From assembly GCF_009914755.1 (NCBI RefSeq), contig NC_060934.1: DNA of 64,000 nucleotides; one strand, 5' to 3'. Shown here one piece after another: positions 56,006 to 64,000 of this stretch; within the stretch, counting starts at the first letter, position 1; the number at the start of each line of letters is the position of its first letter. The notes beneath the pieces are model-generated. The model was not told where the DNA came from. It saw only the letters and a program-made list of their open reading frames with translations, and ran no database searches. The stretch comes from the human T2T-CHM13v2.0 reference genome, Homo sapiens. The position numbers and the translations under genes were made by a program.

Positions 56006-57640
56006 ATACCTGATAGAAGGATTTTTCACGGTCTGTTGTCCTTTTAGTTTTAATTTTCATTTTTGCTAACTAAATTTGCTAATTCTAATAACTCTTCCCC
56101 TTTTATCATTGTCAGATTAATAAGTATGAAAAATTTTAAATTTATTGAGACTTTAAAATCTTACTAACTCTCATAAGCAGTTGAAACTGAGATACTCTGA
56201 AAAGTTCAAGACTCATTCATAAAACAAATTAGTTTTCCCTGATAGTCTGGTATTTAAATACCAACTCAGTTTTTTTTTAATTTTTATCAAAATATTCAAG
56301 AAATTTCTGTGTCTTATATTTTTCTAGGTCTAAACCTTCATGACATGATAAAGTTGTTTTACTTGTAAGAAAACGATAAAAGATTTAAAAAATCCTGAAA
56401 ATGTTTCAACCTGGAACATACCAAATCACTTCATTTTGACACTTTAAGTTTTTTATATTTGAAAAATAATGTCTTAAAAGTTGTTAAAAGTCATAGAATT
56501 ATTTTATTTATAGTCTTAAAATCCAGGACCTTTATGTAATAGAAATTTGCTCTTTGCAAATTCAAAGTTTTGAAATGTGAATAAAGGCTAAACACAGTTT
56601 CCTCTACCTGTACTGACTAGATATTTTTTTCTTAAATACTTGAATTAAAACAAGCCATTGACTCATCATCAGAAATGAGTTACTGTATTAAATAAGAGTG
56701 CTTTGTATCAGATCTTCAGTACATTTTATGTCCCCTGACCAGTTTGAAATTTGTATCAGATTTACAATGAACATTTTGAGGTTCAATTAGATGGTGAATT
56801 GTTCTGTTTCAAAGAAAGTAAGTAATTTACCTTATATCATGATGTATACAATAGAAAGAGATGTGATTCAAAAGCACTGTAAAATGCCAAAACATTTAAA
56901 TAGAGGAAACGATAATAGATATGAGGTTTATGCACTGAAATGAGTATAATGGCCTTGTAGTTAAATTTAAAGAGAGGGATTGTCTTGAAACCATTTCTTT
57001 CTCTAAGGTATGTATGGGCAGAGCTCTAGATTGTCCTAATTCTTCATTAAATACTATTTATTAAGCACATTTATTAAGGTGTTGGATCAGTAGTACCTTC
57101 ATTTGTTAATGTGTGAGCTAAATTCTCTTTATGAATAGGAATATCTTCAGATTGCTGCTATAAATACTGATACCGGCCGGAAAGTTGAAGTTCGGGAATT
57201 ATTTTGCTCTTCTTATCCTTAACCCTTAAAATGCAGCATATTAACTTTATTTCTGTCTTTACCGTTAGTCAACTTTTTGATCCTAGGTGAATCACTTAAT
57301 CTCTTTAGGTCTCAAGTTTCCTTATCCTTACAACAAAGGAGACAGACTAGTCCATCTTGAAGAATCTCTCCAATGCTAAAATATTAGGCTTCCAAGTGTA
57401 GATAATTTGTGATTATTTTGCTTAGGAACTCATTCCTCATGAACTTGAACTTTTATATTTATCAGTTCTGGGGAATTCCCATCCTTCATTTCTTTGGATA
57501 TTTCATCTCTTCCAGCTAGTAATCCTATTTAAGTCTTTTTGTTTTATTCTGTGTCTAATTACTCTTTCATATTTTCCATCTCTTTATCCCACTGTGCTGC
57601 ATACTGGGGAATTTCCTCCAATCTTTTTTCCAGATAATGA

Positions 57641-58019
<379 letters not shown>

Positions 58020-58421
58020 TTTTGTTTTTATTTCTACACCAGGTTTTTTTCCTCCAAAATCTGCCTCTTCTATTTTCATGTGTTGTCTTAGTCTTTCATT
58101 AAGGTTTTAGTAAAAAAAATATTTTTTTTACTTTGGTATTTAATATACAGAAAGTCACACATAACTGTATAGCTTAGTGAATTTTCACAAACCAAACATG
58201 TCTATAATCAGCAACCAAGTCAAGAAACAGAACATCACTAAGCCCTCCAGAAGCCCCTACTGCTCCATCAAGATTATAGATTAGTGTTTCATGTAACAAT
58301 ATAGATTAGTAATTTTGTCTGTTTTTGTGCTTCATATAAATAGAAGTATGTGATATGTTTTCTTTTATGTCTGGCTTCTTTTGCACAAAGCTACAATCAT
58401 GAGGTTCTTCCATATTGTGGC

Positions 58422-58712
58422 TGTCTTAGCTTGGGCTGCTATGACAAAATGTCATAGACTGGGTGACTTTAACATACTTGTTTCTCACAGTACTGGAGGC
58501 TGGAAGTCTGAGATCAGGGTGTCAGTGTGGTTGGGTTGTTGTGAGGGCTGTCTCACTGGCTTGGAGAGGGCTACCTTCTCATTGTGTCCTCACGTGGCTG
58601 AGAGAGGAGGCTTTTGTCTTTCTTCCTCCTCTTATAGGGACGTTAACCCCATCATAGTGGCTCCAATCTCATGACCTTGTCTAAATTTAATTACCTCCCA
58701 AAGGCCCCACTT
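58422..58712. mobile_element. MLT1A-like MaLR LTR (partial)
   Basis: tgtcttagcttgggctgctat...ggaggctggaagtctgagatcagggtg...taattacctcccaaaggccccac. Confidence 0.8.
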
Positions 58713-58876
58713 ACTGTTCATTGTCATTGTTTACTATTATTCAGTTATTACCACTGTTGATCTATTTTACTGAATGATGGACACTTGGTTAGCTTTCAAT
58801 TTTGACTATTTTGAATAATGCCTCTATGAGCAATGTAATACTTGTCTCCTGGTAAACATGCACACATTTCTGTTGG

Positions 58877-58878
<2 letters not shown>

Positions 58879-58911
<33 letters not shown>

Positions 58912-59194
58912 AGACGGAGTCTCGCTTTGTCACCCAGGCTGGAGTGCAGTGGTGCCATCTCGGCTCACTGCAACCTCTGCCTCCCAGGTTCAAGCAATTA
59001 TCATGCCTCAGTCTCCTGAGTAGCTGGAAATAGAGGCACACACCACTATACCCAGCTAATTTTTTTGTATTTTTAGTAGAGACAGGGTTTCACCATATTG
59101 GCCAGGCTGGTCTCAAACTCCTGACCTCAAGTGATTTGCCTGCCTCAGCCTCCCGAAATGCTGGGATAACAGGCGTGAGCTACTGCGACTGGCC
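58879..59194 (-). mobile_element. Alu (S family) with T32 tail
   Basis: Full-length reverse Alu. Confidence 0.95.
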
Positions 59195-60711
59195 TCTGAT
59201 GGATATTTCTAAGACTGGAATCTAGGTTGTAAAGTATACACGTTAAGCTTTAGTAGATAGTGCAAGGAGTTTTTCTAAGTTGCTGTACCAGCAGCATATG
59301 GGAATTCTGATGGTTCCACATCCTTATCACCACAAAGTATTTTACGTTTTCTTCTTAACCATTTAGGCACATGTTTACTTTATCACAATATGGTTTTAAT
59401 GAACTTTTCTCTGATTTCTTAGGGTTTTTAGTTATGTGTATTTTTTAGTCTAATTTTCTATGTAGTCTACTAGTCTATTTAGTCTTATTGTCTAGTCTAA
59501 TAGTCTCTGTTAACTCAGTTATCTGAAATTCTTATGGAGTATGCTCTAATATTGCTTGTTGAATCTCCCAATTCTCAGCCAAGGTAGATTGTGTCCTACC
59601 TTGTGTTCTTTGTGTTGTAAACTTGGATTATGAGGTAATTCAGTGAGACTTTATGGGAGTGTGTGTGCTTGGGTTGAGAGTGTCCTTCCAGAGAGATTTT
59701 GGGATTGTTTCTGCTAGGCACACCAGAGATATCGCTGTTCCAAAATCCTCATCGTAAATGATCATTGCAGAGATGTTTTATTATTGTTGTGTTGTGTTTT
59801 GTTTAATTAAAGCCTAAGTCAAAGAAAAGCTTCCTTGTTTTCGCCCTGTGTTTATGGTAAATTGCATTGTAGTCTACCATTTTATTAAATGTATAGTCCT
59901 TTAAGGGTACCAGTTTTATGCCTATGTTTGTGGGTGTCACAGTTCCAAAACCTGCCTCTCAAGATCCACACTTGGTTTCCATCCCCACTTAAAAGGCAAA
60001 CACTTTGGTTACAGAGAGGAGTAAATCTTGCCTCCCTCCCCGACTACCTGGATTGCTGTAGCATCAAGAAGTATGTTTACCACTCTGGGTTTCAGATCGT
60101 TCTTTGTTTTGGACCCTGGTGAATTTCCTTAGTATAAGTTCAATTATTTTTTAAAGGAATTTTTAAAAAGTCACATTTATATGCAACAAAATTCACCATT
60201 TTAAGTGTATAGTTCATTGAGCCAGCTTGAGGTTTAACTTGCTCTTTTTCTAGTTTTAAAGTAGAGGCTTAGGTCACTTCTTTTTAAACTTAAGCATTAA
60301 ATCTTATCAGTTTTTCTTTGAGCACTGCTTTAGCGGCATCTCATGAGTTACTATAAGCTGTGATTCAATTTAAAATAATTTCCATTGTGATATTTCACTT
60401 TACCTATTACTTAGAAGTATATCATTTACTTTCTGGATATTAGAGGATTTTCTATATAAAATTCTCTAGTTGATGTCTTGTTTAATTTCATTGTGGTGAG
60501 AGAATATAAAATACATGAACATAAAATGTGTGATTTCCATTCTTACAAATTTATTAAGACTTGTTTAGTGACTCAGAAATGGTCTACCTTGGAATTTGTT
60601 CCATGTACATTGGTTAAGAATGTGCTTTCATGGTTGTTGGGTGGATCATTCTGTAAATATCAATTAGGTCAAGCTTGTTGCTTGTGTTATTCAGGTCTTC
60701 CATAGCCTTAA

Positions 60712-61147
<436 letters not shown>

Positions 61148-61928
61148 CTTCTTTCAGTTCTATCACCTCTTTTTGCTATATTTGTATGAGAGCTTTATTA
61201 TTAGGGGCACATACATTTAAAATTGTTATGTCTTATTGATAGATTGATCTGTCATTATGAATGTCTGTATTCATTCCTGATAGTATTTCTTTTTCTAAAT
61301 ATTTTTCTGAATGTGTCTGCTATTAACATAGCCACTCTGGCTTTTTAAAATTAGTATTTTTATGGTATATATTTTTCCTTTTTTTTTTTTTTAAGTTTTA
61401 GATGTTATGTTTCCTTATACTTAAAGTGGGTGTCTTATAGGCAGCATATATCTGGGTCTTGATGTATTATTTAATCTGATAATCTCAACCTTTTTGTTGG
61501 AGTGTTTAGGCCATTTACATTTAGTGTAATTATAGACATGGTTTGATTTGCTATACCATCTTTTCATTTGTTTTATATGTGAGCCATCTTTTCATTGTTC
61601 TTTTTTCATCTTTGACCATTTTCTTTAGTACTGAATACTTTTTTTGTATTTCATTATATCTATTGGCTTTTTAGTTATACCTCTTAAAATTTTTTTTTCT
61701 GTTTTATGTAGGATTTATAATATACATCTTTAACTTATCACAGATTACCTTCAAATAGTATTTTACCAGCTCAAGTGTAATGTAGAAACCTTACAAGAGT
61801 ATATTTTCATTTCTGTCTCCTAATTTTTATGCTATTGTCTATAATACATTAGGTTTGTTGTTGTTTGTTTTTACCTTATTGCTGTTGGCTGGGGTCAGCA
61901 AACATTTTCTGTAAAGGGCTAGATAGTA

Positions 61929-63882
61929 CAGGCATACCTTGGAGATACTGTGGGTTTGGTTCCATACCACCACAATAATACAAATATGCAAGAAGTGGAT
62001 ATCACAATAAAGTGAGTCACACAAGTCTTTTGGCTTCCCAGTGCATATAAAAGTTTTGCTTATACTACACTGTAGTCTGTTAAGTGTGCAATAGTGTTAT
62101 GTCTAAAAAAACACATACCTTAATTTTAAAATGCTTTATTACTAAAAAATGCTAACAATCATTTGAGCATTCAGTGAGTTGTAATCTTTTTGCTGGTGGA
62201 AGGTCTTCTTATTGATGACTGATCGGGGGTCAGGTGCTGAAGCTTAGGGTGGCTGTGGCAGTTTCTTAAAACAACAGTGAAGATTGCAATATCAGTTGAC
62301 TCTTCCTTTCATGAAAGATTTCTCTCTAGTGTGTGATGCTTTTTGATAGCATTTTATGCACAGTAGAACTTCTTTGAAAATTGGAGTCAATCCTCTCAAA
62401 CCCTGCTCTGCTTTAACAACCTAAGTTAATATAATATTCTGAATCCATTGTTGTCATTTCAACAATTTTCACAGTGTCTTCACCAGGAGTAGATTCCATC
62501 TCATTTCCTGAGATGGAATCTTTGCTCATCCATAAGAAGAAATTCCTCATCTGTTCAAGTTTTATCATGAGATTGCAGCAATACAGTCATGTCTTCAGGC
62601 CTCACTTCACTTTTAATTCCAGTTCTCTTGCTGTTTCTACCACATCTGTGGTTCCTTCCTCCATTGAAGTCTTGAACCTCTCCAAGTCATCCATGAGGGT
62701 TGGAATCGACTTCTTCCAAATTCCTGTTAATATTTATATTTTGACCTCCCATGAATCATGAATGTTCTTAATGGCACCTGGAATGGTGAATCCTTTCCAA
62801 AAGGTTTTCAATTTACTTAGTCCAGATCCATCCATCCAGAGGATCCACTTTCAATGCCAGTTATAGCCTTATGGAATGTATTTCTTCAATAATAAGGCTT
62901 GAAAGTTGAAATTACTCCTTGATCCATTTTCTGCAAAATAGATGTTGTGTTAGCAGGCATGAAAGCAACATTAATCTTTTTGTACATGTCCATCAGAGCT
63001 CTTGGGTGACCAGGTATATTGCCAGTGAGCAGTAATACTTTGAAAGGAATTATTTTTCTTAGCAGTAGGTCTCAACAATGGGCTTAAAATATTTGGTCCA
63101 CCATTCTGTAAACAGATGTGCTGTCATCTAAACTTTGTAGTTTCATTTATAGAGCACAGGCAGAGTAGATGTAGCATAATTCTTAAGGGACTTAGGATTT
63201 TCAGAATGGTAAATGAACATTGGCATCAATTTAAATCACTAGCTGTATTAGCCCCCAACAAGAGAGTCAGCCTATTTTTTGAAGCTTTGAAGCCAAGCGT
63301 CGACTTCTCCTCCCTGGTTACAAAAGTCCTAGATGGCATCTTCTTCCAATATAAGGCTGTTTTATCTACATTGAAAATCTGTTGTTTAGTGTAGCCACCT
63401 TCATCAATGATACTATCTAGATCTCTTGGATAACTTGTGCAGCTTCTACATCAGCATTTGCTACTTCACCTTGTACTCTTATGTAATGGAGTGGCATCTT
63501 TCCTCGTACCTCATGAACCAACCTCTGCTAGCTTCCAACTTTTCTTCTGTAGTTTCCTCGCCTCTCTCAGCCTTCATAGACTTGAGGATAGTTAGAGACT
63601 TGCTTTGGATTAGATTTTGGCTTCAGGAAATGTTGTGGCTGGTTTGATCTTCTATCCAGACCACTAAAACTTTATCCATATCAGCAATAAGGCTGTTTTG
63701 CTTTCTTATTATTTGTGTGTTCACTGGAGTAGCACTTTTAATTTGCTTCAAGATATATTTCTTTGCATTCACAACTTGGCTGACTGGTGCAAGAGGCCTA
63801 GCTTTCAGACTATCTTGGCTTTTGACATGCCTTCCTCACTAAGCTTAATCATTTCTAGCTTTTGATTTAAAATGAGAGATGT
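61929..63882 (-). mobile_element. Tigger1 DNA transposon with decayed transposase (probably continues past the Alu and the window edge)
   Basis: TA followed by TIR caggcataccttggagatac. The minus strand encodes [18 protein letters not shown]...[20 protein letters not shown] with stops. Confidence 0.93.
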
Positions 63883-64000
63883 AGGCCAGGCACAGTGGCA
63901 GGCACAGTGGCATATGCCTGTAATTCCAACACATTAAGAGGCCAAGGCGGGAGGATTGCTTGAACCCAGGAGGTGGAGGTTGTAGAGATCACACCACTGC
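63883..64000 (+). mobile_element. Alu/FLAM monomer-like, cut by the window end
   Basis: ggccaggcacagtggc (duplicated)...gcctgtaattccaacac...ttgaacccaggaggtggagg. Confidence 0.85.

Noticed and set aside
62200-63882. Domesticated TIGD1-like transposase gene
   Set aside because: Multiple stops and frameshifts, no long minus-strand ORF, and an Alu at the 5' end.

Overview
Human (primate) genomic DNA, about 40% GC and repeat-rich, containing the whole TRUB1 gene (TruB-family tRNA Psi55 pseudouridine synthase; known location 10q25.3) on the + strand. I assembled eight coding exons by hand, all with GT-AG introns: 16558-16843, 20944-21042, 29394-29449, 38021-38102, 48662-48734, 50434-50573, 52628-52684 and 53422-53678. 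They total 1050 nt (349 aa + stop). The gene has a CpG-island promoter with a ZNF143-type motif and a 3' UTR of about 2.3 kb ending near AATAAA at 55952. The rest is interspersed repeats: about 22 Alus, MaLR/ERVL solo LTRs, old L1/L2/MIR, Tigger1, MER47, MER30 and a U6 retrocopy split by an Alu. Nearly all other ORFs in the track are repeat-derived or chance. I see no new multi-gene system. The best unexplained signals are regulatory hypotheses: (1) an 11 x 73-bp near-perfect VNTR grown inside an MST LTR 2.4 kb upstream of the start codon; (2) an out-of-frame upstream ATG that bypasses Met1 and stops just before Met31, whose downstream sequence looks like a mitochondrial presequence; (3) a candidate 46-nt poison exon in intron 5; (4) a cryptic donor in exon 4 tied to the Lys167 codon; (5) inverted Alus bracketing the symmetric catalytic exon 2. 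Repeat subfamily names come from memory of consensus sequences, and repeat boundaries without a TSD are approximate.
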